Of a stretch of 64,000 nucleotides of DNA, positions 10,855-21,034 are shown one piece after another; within the stretch, counting starts at the first letter, position 1, and each line of letters opens with the position of its first letter. The notes under the pieces are model-generated. The model did not search any database and was not told the DNA's origin. It worked only from the letters and a program-made list of their open reading frames with translations. The DNA comes from Spirochaetota bacterium. Lineage in GTDB: Bacteria; Spirochaetota; UBA6919; CBDBPB01. The position numbers and the translations under genes were made by a program. The stretch lies in contig CBDBPB010000002.1 of the NCBI GenBank assembly GCA_965208615.1, positions 1 to 64,000 of the forward strand. The letters are read 5' to 3'.

Positions 10855-10965
10855 AGCCTAAGCTTAAAAAGTAATCCTTTAGTTAATATTTTGAGCATTG
10901 ACTAAACAAACTATATAAATAATTTTTGGCCCATAACTAACTTTTTATATTATAACAAAGTAGGT

Positions 10966-10994
10966 TTGACAAATAAAAAAAACTTTAGTAAAAT
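10966..10994 (+). promoter_or_regulatory. sigma70 promoter upstream of the aldehyde dehydrogenase
   Basis: TTGACA-17 nt-TAAAAT. Confidence 0.7.
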
Positions 10995-11017
10995 TGCAAA
11001 GCTATATAGAGGTTAAT

Positions 11018-12448
11018 ATGAATATAAACGAAAAACAAATTAATACTATTGTAAAAGAGGTTATTAAACAAGTAAACCAAAAAAACAAATAATAACCTTA
11101 TCAAAAGTCATACAACTAAGAATATCGGGATTTTTAATAGCGTTGATAATGCAGTAAAAGCCAGTCTTAATGCCCATAAGTCCCTTATGGAGTTGGGGGT
11201 TAATAAAAGAAATGTAATTATTAAAAGTATGCGGGATAAAATAAAAACCTCATATAGAATATCTATCAAGATTAGCCGTAGAAGAAACGAACCTCGGCAA
11301 TGTTAGCGATAAAATACAAAAAAACCTACTGGTAACTAATAAAACTCCCGGTATAGAAATCCTTAAACCTAACTGCTATAGCGATGACTACGGGCTTATG
11401 ATTATGGAACGTGCTCCTTATGGGGTTATAGCCTCCATTACGCCAACCACTAATCCATCAGAGACTATTATAAATAACTCAATAGGAATGATTTCGGGTG
11501 GTAATGCTGTAGTATTCAATCCTCATCCTAGTGCTAAGAAAACCTCCTGTGAGACCGTTAAAATCTTAAATGATGCTATCATATCCGCTGGGGGACCAGA
11601 AAACCTAATAACTACCATAGAAAATCCTACTATAGAATCCGCTCAAACCCTTATGAAACACGAAAATATTAACTTATTGGTAGTTACTGGCGGACCTGCT
11701 GTTGTAAAGGTTGCCATGAATAGCGGTAAAAAGGTTATAGCGGCTGGTCCTGGTAATCCTCCTGCTGTTGTGGATGAGACTGCTGATCTTGATTTGGCCG
11801 CTAAAGGTATTGTTGATGGTGCTAGCTTTGATAATAATATTATTTGTACCTGTGAAAAAGAGATATTAGCTGTTAACTCGATTATTCCCCCACTAAAACA
11901 GCTAATGAAAGAATACGGGGCCTATGAACTAAAAGGACAGCAAATTAATAGAATAACTGACCTTATTATGTTGGATAAAGGTAAACCAGGTTGTGCAGGT
12001 CATGTTAAAAAGGAGTTTGTTGGTAAATCTGCTAATTATATACTTGAGGCGGCTGATATTAAATCTGATGAAAGTGTTAGACTTGCTTTTATGGAAGTAA
12101 ATATTAATCACCCCCCTCGTATGGACAGAACAACTAATGCCTATTATCCCGCTGATTCCTATGACAAATGTGGATGAGGCTATCAATATGGCTGTTAAGG
12201 TGGAACAGTATAATAGACATACTGCTGTTATGTACTCTAGAAACATAGATAAGCTATCCAAGATGGCTAGACTTATTAACTCATCAATCTTTGTTAAAAA
12301 TGGACCTCATTTTAATGGACTTGGTTATAATGGTCCTGGATATGCTTCCTTTACTATTGCGAGTCCAACTGGAGAAGGATTAACAACTGCATTAAATTTT
12401 ACTCGTGAAAGACGATGTTCTTTGATAGATAGGTTTAGGATAGTTTAG
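11018..12448 (+). CDS. CoA-acylating aldehyde dehydrogenase, EutE/PduP family (three +1 homopolymer frameshifts at ~11085, ~11245, ~12115; error or pseudogene)
   Basis: PYGVIASITPTTNPSET, VVTGGPAVV, AGPGNPPAVVDETAD, SFDNNIICTCEKE, FTIASPTGEGLT; upstream frames give GIFNSVDNAV, AVEETNLGNVSDK, KTPGIE; GAGG RBS before ATG 11018. Confidence 0.85.
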
Positions 12449-12607
12449 TCTACTGGTTTATGGCTAACTTACAGTAAAGCATGTTCTTATAAAAAAGAAC
12501 GCAATTATCCCTTGACGTACATTAAATAATTTAGTTTTTTATTAAAAGTTTATAATTTAATAATAACATAGCTATAGAAAGAATATTAATCTATAATTAG
12601 GAATATT

Positions 12608-13579
12608 ATGTCAAAAAGCGATAACATTATTCTTATTACTCAGGGTGATCCTAATGGTATTGGTCCTGAGATAATACTTAGAGGTATAAGTTCTAAATAT
12701 TACCCTAACTTACTCGTTATAGGGAATGTTATAGTCTTTAGGTTTTATCAAAAACTTTTGGGAAGTGATATTCCTATTAATAGTATTGATAAACTTGAAA
12801 ATATCACTAACCTTGATCCTAATAAGCTTAATATCCTAAACCTAGATTATAGACATAGAGTTAGTCCTGGTATTATTAGTCGGTTTGCTGGAGAGTTATC
12901 TATAAAGTGTATAGATAAGGCTGTTGATATAATTAAAATGGGTTTAAGTAATATACTTATTACTGCACCAGTTAATAAAAAGGCAATTCAAAAGTCAGTT
13001 AAGACTTTTATTGGTCATACGGAATATCTTGCCAGAGCGTTTAACACTAATAAGGTTAGTATGGCCCTTATTAGTGATAAGATAAAAGTGGCTACTGTAA
13101 CAACTCATATACCTCTTGATAGGGTTAGTGGATCTATTAATCAAACAAATATAGTATCCTCTTTAAAAAACGTTGATCATTTTCTTAAGAAAATCGGAAT
13201 AACAAATGGTAATATTGCTGTTTGTGCCTTAAACCCTCACAGTGGTGATAAGGGATGTTTTGGAAATGAAGAGAATAGTATTATTATACCAGCAATAGAA
13301 GAGGCTAAACGCTTTGGTATTAATGCTTTTGGACCATATCCGGCTGATAGTATATTTTGTTCAGCTTATAATAATACTTATGATTTTTATATAGCTATGT
13401 ACCACGATCAAGGACTTATACCGTTTAAACTGTTATCATTTAACAGCGGTATTAATATAACCTTGGGCCTTCCTTTTTTGAGAGTATCTGTAGAACATGG
13501 TACTGCCTTTGATATTGCAGGAAAAGGTAAAGCTAATCTGAATAGTATTAAAGAAACTATCAGATGGACTTTTATCTAA
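12608..13579 (+). CDS. pdxA: 4-hydroxythreonine-4-phosphate dehydrogenase family
   Basis: ITQGDPNGIGPEI, TAPVNK, GHTEYLA, LNPHSG, GPYPADS, AMYHDQGLIPFK, HGTAFDIAGKG. Confidence 0.92.
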   Translation: MSKSDNIILITQGDPNGIGPEIILRGISSKYYPNLLVIGNVIVFRFYQKLLGSDIPINSIDKLENITNLDPNKLNILNLDYRHRVSPGIISRFAGELSIKCIDKAVDIIKMGLSNILITAPVNKKAIQKSVKTFIGHTEYLARAFNTNKVSMALISDKIKVATVTTHIPLDRVSGSINQTNIVSSLKNVDHFLKKIGITNGNIAVCALNPHSGDKGCFGNEENSIIIPAIEEAKRFGINAFGPYPADSIFCSAYNNTYDFYIAMYHDQGLIPFKLLSFNSGINITLGLPFLRVSVEHGTAFDIAGKGKANLNSIKETIRWTFI

Positions 13580-13703
13580 CAAAATGGACTTTTCTGAAAG
13601 CTACTGCTAAAAATATATCTATATTTTCTATAGTTTTATAAAAAACGCTTTAAGCTAGCTATATCTGTATATATATTTACTCTGAAATCAATATGGAGGA
13701 TTT

Positions 13704-15086
13704 ATGTTAACAAATAATAGCTGCTTAAAGCTATTAATAGTTTTATTAGTTAGTTTATATATATTTAGCTGCGAGAATAAGAATTTTGTTGATGAAACTT
13801 TGAATAAAGATTCTATTGATAATAAGGATAAAAACGTTGTACAGGGTTCTATATCAGGAGGAATCCATGTAAGGGCTGATGCAAATGAGGGTGGAGACGG
13901 GTTAACTTGGATTAATGCTTTTAATGATCTTCAAAAGGGTATTGAGAAAGCTAAAGAAGAGGGTATAGGAAAGGTATATATTGCTCAAGGTAGTTATAAA
14001 GCTAGTGGTTGTCCTAATAGAGATGATTGTGAAGATATGCGTAATAGACATTTTTCCCTTAGAAATAATGTAGAGGTTATTGGTGGATATACTGCTAAGG
14101 GCGATGAGCATAATAAAGACCCTAGTAAAACTATATTAACCGGTGATATTAGTAATAATATAAGTGTTCATAATGTTTTTTATCATCCTGCTAAGGCTGG
14201 GCTAATTAGAACAGCTAAACTAAAATATGTTACCATTACTAAAGGTAATGCTAAGGGTAATAATAAGGATAGCGGTGGAGGGATGTATAATAATAATAGC
14301 TCACCAACGTTAACAGGTGTTAGTTTTACTGGAAATAATGCTATATGGTCCGGAGGTGGAATGGCTAACTATAATAAGAGTAGTCCAACGTTAAAAGATG
14401 TTAGTTTTACTGGAAATAATGCTGATAATGGTGGAGGGATATATAATAATAATAGCTCACTACAGCTAACAAATGTTAGTTTTACTGGAAATAATGCTGA
14501 TAATGGTGGAGGGATATATAATAATAATAGCTCACTACAGCTAACAAATGTTAGTTTTACTGGAAATAATGCTGATAATGGTGGAGGGATATATAATAAT
14601 AATAGCTCACTACAGCTAACAAATGTTAGTTTTACTAATAATACGGTTGATAATTATGGAGGGGGAATTTATAGTATTGATAGCTCTCTAACATTAACAA
14701 GTGTTAAGTTTATTAATAATATGGCTTATAGTTTTGGAGGTGGAATTCATAATAATGGTAGTTCTATAACGTTAACAAAGGTTGAGTTTATTAATAATAC
14801 GGCTTATAGTTTTGGAGGTGGAATTCATAATGGAGGTAGTAGTAGTTCACTAACCTTTAAAGAAGGTGTTAGTTTTAAGAAAAACCTTGTTGGTAGGATT
14901 AAATATAAACAAACAGGCAAAGGTGGAGCTATTTATAATGAATATGGGAAGGTAAGAGGCAGTCCAAGTTATGGAGCTAAATATATTAATGAAAAAGGAA
15001 AAGAGATCGACGAAGAAAATAAAAAAGTTATAAAAAATAATAATAAATATGTTTATACGAAGTCAGGCAGAGAAGATGAAAAATAG
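13704..15086 (+). CDS. Lipoprotein with Pmp-like (FxxN/GGGIY) beta-helix repeats
   Basis: Spirochaetal-type lipobox YIFSC; DGLTWINAFNDLQ; repeated SFTGNNA..GGGIYN. Confidence 0.85.
   Translation: MLTNNSCLKLLIVLLVSLYIFSCENKNFVDETLNKDSIDNKDKNVVQGSISGGIHVRADANEGGDGLTWINAFNDLQKGIEKAKEEGIGKVYIAQGSYKASGCPNRDDCEDMRNRHFSLRNNVEVIGGYTAKGDEHNKDPSKTILTGDISNNISVHNVFYHPAKAGLIRTAKLKYVTITKGNAKGNNKDSGGGMYNNNSSPTLTGVSFTGNNAIWSGGGMANYNKSSPTLKDVSFTGNNADNGGGIYNNNSSLQLTNVSFTGNNADNGGGIYNNNSSLQLTNVSFTGNNADNGGGIYNNNSSLQLTNVSFTNNTVDNYGGGIYSIDSSLTLTSVKFINNMAYSFGGGIHNNGSSITLTKVEFINNTAYSFGGGIHNGGSSSSLTFKEGVSFKKNLVGRIKYKQTGKGGAIYNEYGKVRGSPSYGAKYINEKGKEIDEENKKVIKNNNKYVYTKSGREDEK
14398..14636 (+). repeat. Perfect 75-bp in-frame tandem repeat (3 full units plus partial)
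   Basis: Identical units start at 14401, 14476, 14551 (partial at 14626), encoding VSFTGNNADNGGGIYNNNSSLQLTN. Confidence 0.95.
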
Positions 15087-15109
15087 GCTAAACACTAAGA
15101 TTTAATCAT

Positions 15110-15134
15110 AAAAAGGGAGCTTATCTCTTTTTTT
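15110..15134 (+). terminator. Possible intrinsic terminator after the Pmp-like gene
   Basis: AAAAAGGGAG-CTTAT-CTCTTTTTTT; weak stem with G-U pairs plus U-tract. Confidence 0.4.
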
Positions 15135-15317
15135 ATAAAGTAATATTAATAGCGTTTATGGCATAATTATTTGTTTTAGGAAGGTTTTGTATTAATTTTT
15201 ATGTATTACTTTAATATTAGGTTTTTGTTAATAATTCCATTTGACAATAACATTCAAAAATCTTATTTTATACACTTATCTATTTTTATGATATTTTAAA
15301 GGGTATAGTCTAATAAT

Positions 15318-15905
15318 ATGGGAAGACACTCTTCTATAAAGCGTAAAACCAATGAAACGGATATATCTTTAAACATAGAACTCGATTCTAATAAAAAAAG
15401 TGATATTAATACTGGTATAGCTTTTCTTGATCATATGCTTAGTCACATTGCAAAACACGGTAATATACACTTAGACTTAAGAGCTGTTGGGGATATTGAA
15501 GTTGACTATCACCATACTGTTGAGGATATTGCTATATGCTTTGGTAGATGTTTAAAAGAGGCATTAGCTGATCATAAAGGCATAAGGCGATATGGTTTTT
15601 TCTCACTTCCTATGGAGGAGGTTTTGGCTAATGCGGCATTGGATATTTGTAATAGGCCAAAGTTAGTTTTTAATACGCCTTTTAGAGGGGGTAAGGTTGG
15701 CAATTTTGACTTAGAACTTATAAAAGAGTTTTTTAATGCACTTAGTTTGAATGCTGGTATTACAATACATATTAACGTATTGTATGGTGAGAATCTTCAT
15801 CATATTGCTGAGGGTATTTTTAAGTCGTTTGCTCATGCCTTGAGGATTGCGATTAGTATTGATCCTGGTATAGATGGCGTACTCTCTACAAAAGGGATAA
15901 TATGA
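15318..15905 (+). CDS. hisB: Imidazoleglycerol-phosphate dehydratase
   Basis: RKTNETDI, FLDHML, DYHHTVEDIAI, GENLHHIAEGIFKS, STKG. Confidence 0.97.
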   Translation: MGRHSSIKRKTNETDISLNIELDSNKKSDINTGIAFLDHMLSHIAKHGNIHLDLRAVGDIEVDYHHTVEDIAICFGRCLKEALADHKGIRRYGFFSLPMEEVLANAALDICNRPKLVFNTPFRGGKVGNFDLELIKEFFNALSLNAGITIHINVLYGENLHHIAEGIFKSFAHALRIAISIDPGIDGVLSTKGII

Positions 15906-16522
15906 TACAGATTATTGACTATGGACGGGGTAATTTAAACAATGTAAAGAAGGCATTTATGGGTTTTGGCTTTGAGGCTGAGATAATTGATAAGCCTAAT
16001 CCTATTGACAGTGCATGGGGACTTGTATTACCTGGTGTAGGTGCTTTTGGAGATTCTATGACCTGTTTAAACGAGAGGGGTTTTTCTGATAAAATAAGGG
16101 AGTATATATCATTAAATAAGCCATTTTTGGGTATATGTCTTGGTTTACAGCTTTTGTTTGATTATAGTAGTGAGTTTGGTGATCATGAGGGGCTTGGTCT
16201 TATTAAGGGAGGGGTAACTCGCTTTAGTATAGATGATAAGGTACCTCACATGGGGTGGAATCAGGTTAACTTTACTAAGGATTCAAAGTTATTTAAAGGT
16301 ATATCTAGTGGGTCTTATTTTTATTTTGTTCACTCTTATTATGCTGTGCCTGATGATAGTTCTGTTATATCTTCAACTACTGACTATTCTATTAATTTCA
16401 CATCGGCGATAGAGGCTGATAATATATACGCAACACAGTTCCATCCTGAGAAGAGTCAGGGGCTGGGTTTAGAGATAATAAAGAACTTTGGAGAGATTTG
16501 TGTACATAATTCCGGCAATTGA
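15902..16522 (+). CDS. hisH: Imidazole glycerol phosphate synthase, glutaminase subunit
   Basis: IIDYGRGNL, LPGVGAF, GICLGLQLL, VPHMGWN, YFVHSY, QFHPEKS. Confidence 0.97.
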   Translation: MIQIIDYGRGNLNNVKKAFMGFGFEAEIIDKPNPIDSAWGLVLPGVGAFGDSMTCLNERGFSDKIREYISLNKPFLGICLGLQLLFDYSSEFGDHEGLGLIKGGVTRFSIDDKVPHMGWNQVNFTKDSKLFKGISSGSYFYFVHSYYAVPDDSSVISSTTDYSINFTSAIEADNIYATQFHPEKSQGLGLEIIKNFGEICVHNSGN

Positions 16523-17228
16523 TATTAAAAATGGTAAGTGTATACGATTAGTGCAAGGTGATCCAAACAAAGAGACTATCTATTCAGATTCTCCTGTTGA
16601 TCAGGCAAAAGTTTGGGCATCATACAATATTAAGCGTTTACACATTGTAGATTTAGACGGGGCGTTTTCTGGTATACCTAAGAATCTTGATATAATTAAG
16701 GAAATTAGGGATAATATATCCGTTGAGATTGAGTTAGGTGGTGGTATAAGGGATATAAATACTATTAAGGCTTATCTTAATGCGGGTATTGACAAAGTGA
16801 TTATAGGTAGTGCTGCTTTTAAGAATAGGGATTTCTTGAAAGAGGCATGTCAAAGATTCCCTGATTCTATAACTGTTGGGATAGATGTTGTGAATGGTAA
16901 TGTGGCCATTCATGGTTGGAAGGATATAACAGATATACATTTTTATCGTTTTGGTGTTGAGTGCAAGGAGTATGGGGTTAAGGAGCTTATAATTACCGAT
17001 ATTAAAAGGGATGGTATGTTATCTGGCATTAGCCCATCTTTTTATGAGAAAGCATTAACTAAGATTGAGCTACCTATTATTGCCTCTGGTGGATTATCTA
17101 ATTTGGATGATATTAAGGCTCTTAGTATGTTAGAGTCTAAGGGATTAATTGGTGTTATAACTGGAAAGGCATTATATGAGAATAAAATTGATTTAGCTGA
17201 GGCTATTAGGGTTAGTAATGTTAGCTAA
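16500..17228 (+). CDS. hisA: ProFAR isomerase
   Basis: [46 protein letters not shown]; GTG start chosen at 16500. Confidence 0.96.
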   Translation: MYIIPAIDIKNGKCIRLVQGDPNKETIYSDSPVDQAKVWASYNIKRLHIVDLDGAFSGIPKNLDIIKEIRDNISVEIELGGGIRDINTIKAYLNAGIDKVIIGSAAFKNRDFLKEACQRFPDSITVGIDVVNGNVAIHGWKDITDIHFYRFGVECKEYGVKELIITDIKRDGMLSGISPSFYEKALTKIELPIIASGGLSNLDDIKALSMLESKGLIGVITGKALYENKIDLAEAIRVSNVS

Positions 17229-17976
17229 GAGGATTATACCCTGTTTGGACATTGATAGGGGACGAGTTGTTAAGGGTGTTAACTTTGTTGATCTTGTTGA
17301 TGCTGGTGACCCTTTAGAGAATGCAAAGTTTTATGATGAGCAGGGTGCTGATGAGATTATATTCCTTGATATAACTGCCAGTTCTGACAAGCGTAATATT
17401 ATATTTGATATAGCTAAAGACGTTGCAGAGAATATATACACACCTTTTACTATTGGGGGTGGGGTTAGAACAGTAGATGACATTCGTAAGTTAGTTAAGG
17501 CTGGTGCTGATAAGGTAGCTATGAACTCTGCGGCTGTTAAGACTCCTAATCTTATTAGGGATGGTGCAAGGGCATTTGGTAGTCAGTGTATTGTGGTTGC
17601 CATAGATGCAAAGGCCAATAATAATGGGAGTTTTGATGTATACATTAAGGGGGGTAGGGAGAATACTTATATCGATGCGTTAGAGTGGGCTAAGAGGGTT
17701 GAGGAGCTTGGTGCTGGAGAGATTATGTTAACAAGCATGGATAGGGATGGTACTCGTCAAGGATATGATATTGATCTTACAAAGAGGGTATCCAGTTTGC
17801 TTAACATACCTGTTATTGCGTCTGGAGGGGTTGGTAATAAGGATCATTTATTAGAGGGGTTTACTAAGGGAAAGGCATCTGCTGTTTTGGCGGCGTCTAT
17901 ATTTCATTTTAGAGAGATGACCATAAAAGAAGTTAGGGACTATCTTAATGAAAAGGGTATTTCTGTTAAGAGTTAG
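17218..17976 (+). CDS. hisF: Imidazole glycerol phosphate synthase, cyclase subunit
   Basis: [50 protein letters not shown]. Confidence 0.98.
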   Translation: MLAKRIIPCLDIDRGRVVKGVNFVDLVDAGDPLENAKFYDEQGADEIIFLDITASSDKRNIIFDIAKDVAENIYTPFTIGGGVRTVDDIRKLVKAGADKVAMNSAAVKTPNLIRDGARAFGSQCIVVAIDAKANNNGSFDVYIKGGRENTYIDALEWAKRVEELGAGEIMLTSMDRDGTRQGYDIDLTKRVSSLLNIPVIASGGVGNKDHLLEGFTKGKASAVLAASIFHFREMTIKEVRDYLNEKGISVKS

Positions 17977-18658
17977 TTTATTTATTGTTTTATCGACTAT
18001 ACTTATTGGATCAATAGGGTTTTGTTCTGCTGGGTCATTTACTAAGCAACGTAAGAATATGGTTAAATACCAAATTAAGGCAAGGGGTATTAAGGATAAG
18101 CGGGTTATAGATGCTATGCTTAAGGTTAAGAGGCATTTATTTGTTCCTGAGCCTTATAGTAAGTATAGTTATAGGGATAATCCCTTACCTATTGGATATG
18201 GTCAGACTATATCCCAACCTTATATTGTAGCTTTAATGACTGAGCTTTTAAATCTTAAGAAAGACTATAAGGTTCTTGAGATTGGCACTGGTTCGGGTTA
18301 TCAAGCGGCTATACTATCTGAGATAGTTAAAAAGGTCTATACCATTGAGATTGTTAAAGAGCTTGGCATATCCGCCAAAAAGAAGCTTAAGGATTATAAA
18401 AACGTTTTTGTTAAGATTGGTGATGGTTATAAGGGCTGGAAGGCTAATGCACCTTATGATGCTATTATTGTTACCTGTGCACCTGAGGATATACCCAAAC
18501 CTCTTGTTGAACAGTTAAAGGCAGGGGGTATTATGTGCATTCCTGTTGGCAAGCGTAATCAGGTTCAGAAGCTTTATATAGTCCGTAAAAATAAGGATAA
18601 TACATTAAAACTAAGTACTATTGCAGATGTTAGGTTTGTCCCATTGCTTAGGGACTAA
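17948..18658 (+). CDS. pcm: Protein-L-isoaspartate O-methyltransferase (with N-terminal signal-like extension)
   Basis: [49 protein letters not shown]. Confidence 0.95.
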   Translation: MKRVFLLRVSLFIVLSTILIGSIGFCSAGSFTKQRKNMVKYQIKARGIKDKRVIDAMLKVKRHLFVPEPYSKYSYRDNPLPIGYGQTISQPYIVALMTELLNLKKDYKVLEIGTGSGYQAAILSEIVKKVYTIEIVKELGISAKKKLKDYKNVFVKIGDGYKGWKANAPYDAIIVTCAPEDIPKPLVEQLKAGGIMCIPVGKRNQVQKLYIVRKNKDNTLKLSTIADVRFVPLLRD

Positions 18659-18687
18659 TTATATAAGTTTATTTTTTTTCATAGTTG
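18648..18687 (+). repeat. Direct repeat copy 1 (40 bp) left of inserted lipoprotein gene
   Basis: TTAGGGACTAATTATATAAGTTTATTTTTTTTCATAGTTG matches 19338-19377 with 2 mismatches. Confidence 0.9.
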
Positions 18688-18863
18688 TTAATAAGTATTC
18701 TTAAAAAGAGATTTACTGTTATTTGTTAGTCAAGGAGTTAGCTATAATAATATAAAAGTATATTGCACTTTATAGACAAAAAAGTATATCTATAGAAAAA
18801 TAACTTGAAATCTAACTAAATTATATTAGATTATTTTTACTATAAAAAATTAAGGAGCGATAG

Positions 18864-19181
18864 GTGAAAAAACTGATATTTTTATTTACTGTGTTAATTG
18901 CGTTAACAAGTTGTGGAGATACTAAGTCAGTTCAGAAAAAATTAAATGGAAAGTGGCAAAATAATGTTATGACTGTGGAAATTGACTTTGATAAAAAGAG
19001 CTATAATAGTATCTTATTTGGTAAGAAAAGTAGTAAAAAGCTTGAATTAATTAAAGTAGAAGGTAATACTGTTACTTTAAAAACAGGTGAAAATACAATA
19101 ACCTGTAATATAATTGATAATGACAATATTATTTTAACTAAAAAAGGCGGTATACCTATAGCTTTTAAAAGATTAAAATAA
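18864..19181 (+). CDS. Small lipoprotein (possible lipocalin-like beta-barrel)
   Basis: AAGGAG RBS, lipobox LTSC, LNGKW motif. Confidence 0.75.
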   Translation: MKKLIFLFTVLIALTSCGDTKSVQKKLNGKWQNNVMTVEIDFDKKSYNSILFGKKSSKKLELIKVEGNTVTLKTGENTITCNIIDNDNIILTKKGGIPIAFKRLK

Positions 19182-19337
19182 AACCATAAACTTCAGCAAT
19201 CTTTTTTATACTATAGTTATAAATTGATTATTATTTATGTTCGATTTAGGCGATAGTATTAACTATTAATATTAACAAGATTAATACTATAGTCTAGTAG
19301 TAAGATCGTAAAATTAAGTACTATTTAAGATGTTTGG

Positions 19338-19377
19338 TTAGGGACTAACTATATAAGTTTATTTTTTTTCATAGCTG
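19338..19377 (+). repeat. Direct repeat copy 2 (40 bp)
   Basis: TTAGGGACTAACTATATAAGTTTATTTTTTTTCATAGCTG; contains a pcm tail copy and the real stop of the downstream gene. Confidence 0.9.
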
Positions 19378-20050
19378 ATATAATTAGTTCAGCGGCATCA
19401 TTTAGTTTAAAGCCTGCACTATTAATTACCAGGTGATAGTAATGTGGGTCCCAAACATCTGTAAAAAAGTAGTCTTTAATAAAGGTATCCCGTTCTTTTT
19501 CCATTTTTCTAACCAGCTGTTCGCTTTCTTCTTTTGATATATTTTTTTGTTGCATAATTTGTTCAACTCTCCATCCAAAAGGAGCCACTATTCTTACATG
19601 AAAGCCTTTTTCCATACCCTGAGTAACAAAACAACCACCTCTACCAACAATAATTACATGTCCGTGGGAGGCAAGGCTTTTAATAGTCCTTGCGGTTTTT
19701 TTAAAGATGGCTATTCGAGGGGGTCTACTTGAGAAGTAGTTTTCAAAGAACTCTTCAATACTTCTATTAGCAGGCTTTTCTAACGATTCTACAAGCTTGG
19801 CTGATAGATTATTACTCTTTTCAACCATAGATATGACTTCTTTATTATATGCCATCCACGGTGGATCAAACTTTTTCATATCATTAAGCTTTCGTTCTAG
19901 TTCTTGTGCTAGTATCCATCCTTCAGAGCCAAACTCTCTGGATATTGTAATAAATGGTTTTTTCTCTACTTGACTATGTTTAGTCCATGCTTGTAATTGT
20001 ATCCCTATTTTATCGTGTATAGCCAATCCACCCCAGTCTTTTGCACTCAT
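19349..20050 (-). CDS. Cytidylate kinase-like family protein
   Basis: FITISREFGSEG, VIIVGRGG, HVRIVAP..WRV, YHLVINS; start moved to ATG after GGAGG. Confidence 0.85.
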   Translation of the reverse strand: MSAKDWGGLAIHDKIGIQLQAWTKHSQVEKKPFITISREFGSEGWILAQELERKLNDMKKFDPPWMAYNKEVISMVEKSNNLSAKLVESLEKPANRSIEEFFENYFSSRPPRIAIFKKTARTIKSLASHGHVIIVGRGGCFVTQGMEKGFHVRIVAPFGWRVEQIMQQKNISKEESEQLVRKMEKERDTFIKDYFFTDVWDPHYYHLVINSAGFKLNDAAELIISAMKKNKLI

Positions 20051-20176
20051 AAACCCTCCTATTTTCGTTAGCATTTTTAATAACACACAAAAGCATTATC
20101 TTGTTGGTAAATACCCTAAAACTGTTATTTGCTAAGCTCATCTATACTATAATATAAATATTATAAAATCAAAGGA

Positions 20177-21034
20177 CTACTCAAATAGCACTATCAAATA
20201 ATAAAAAAGAGGGGCAGTATAAACAAGGGAGTCTATAACATCCAGCATTCCACCATGTCCTGGTATATAGGTTTTAGAGTCCTTGATTCCACTTGAGCGC
20301 TTTAAAATAGACTCAGCAAGATCACCGAATATACTAATAACTGAAAAAATGAAAGACATAATTATAATAAACACAAAACTAAATAAAGGACTATTCAAGG
20401 TAGAGTATTCAACAGGAAAAATCACCTTAAGCAAAACACCTGATATTATACCACTAAGAATACCACCTATAAACCCCTCAACTGTTTTATTAGGACTGGA
20501 CTTAAGATTTAGTTTATGCCGTCCAAAGTACTTGCCAATAAAATATGCACCAGAGTCGGTCATCCATGCGACTAGCCAGATAAACAAAAGGTAATAAGGA
20601 CTAAGCTCTTGGAGTTTAATTAAAAAGCTTATGAGTACACCACAATAAATTAGCGTAAAGATATGTGTGGATATAGTCTCTAATGTATGTTTAAAGTCTT
20701 TTTTAAAGGTCTCTATGGTAAAAATCATTACAGTGGATATTATTATAATAAATGTAGTTGTATTCCATTTATCAATTATGAAATACCATGGATAGTATAT
20801 TGTAAAGTATGTTAATAGTGGTATTAGAGCAGTAAATAAAACGGTAATGTCTTTGTGTACTCTTATAGATTTAACCTCTGCAATGGACAATAATTCTAAA
20901 GCCATTAAAACTGAGGCAATAACCACTATAACCAAAAAGAGTACTTCTAAAAAGAATAATGCATATATAACAACAGGGGTAGCAATAAGAGCAACTAATA
21001 CTCTTCTAAAGGTTTCATTAAATATGGGCACCAA
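20177..21034 (-). CDS. cdsA: Phosphatidate cytidylyltransferase
   Basis: DSGAYFIGKYFGRHKL..SPNKTVEG, GDLAESILKR..GIKDS...PGHGGMLDVIDS. Confidence 0.96.
   Translation of the reverse strand: MVPIFNETFRRVLVALIATPVVIYALFFLEVLFLVIVVIASVLMALELLSIAEVKSIRVHKDITVLFTALIPLLTYFTIYYPWYFIIDKWNTTTFIIIISTVMIFTIETFKKDFKHTLETISTHIFTLIYCGVLISFLIKLQELSPYYLLFIWLVAWMTDSGAYFIGKYFGRHKLNLKSSPNKTVEGFIGGILSGIISGVLLKVIFPVEYSTLNSPLFSFVFIIIMSFIFSVISIFGDLAESILKRSSGIKDSKTYIPGHGGMLDVIDSLVYTAPLFYYLIVLFE

Noticed and set aside
13797-13807. 11-nt perfect match of the mini-array spacer 5' end (TTATTCAAAGT) on the minus strand inside the Pmp-like gene
   Set aside because: The match stops at 11 nt, lies inside a CDS, and such an AT-rich 11-mer is plausible by chance in 64 kb.
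14398-14636. 75-bp repeats as a CRISPR array
   Set aside because: Contiguous in-frame coding repeats without unique spacers.
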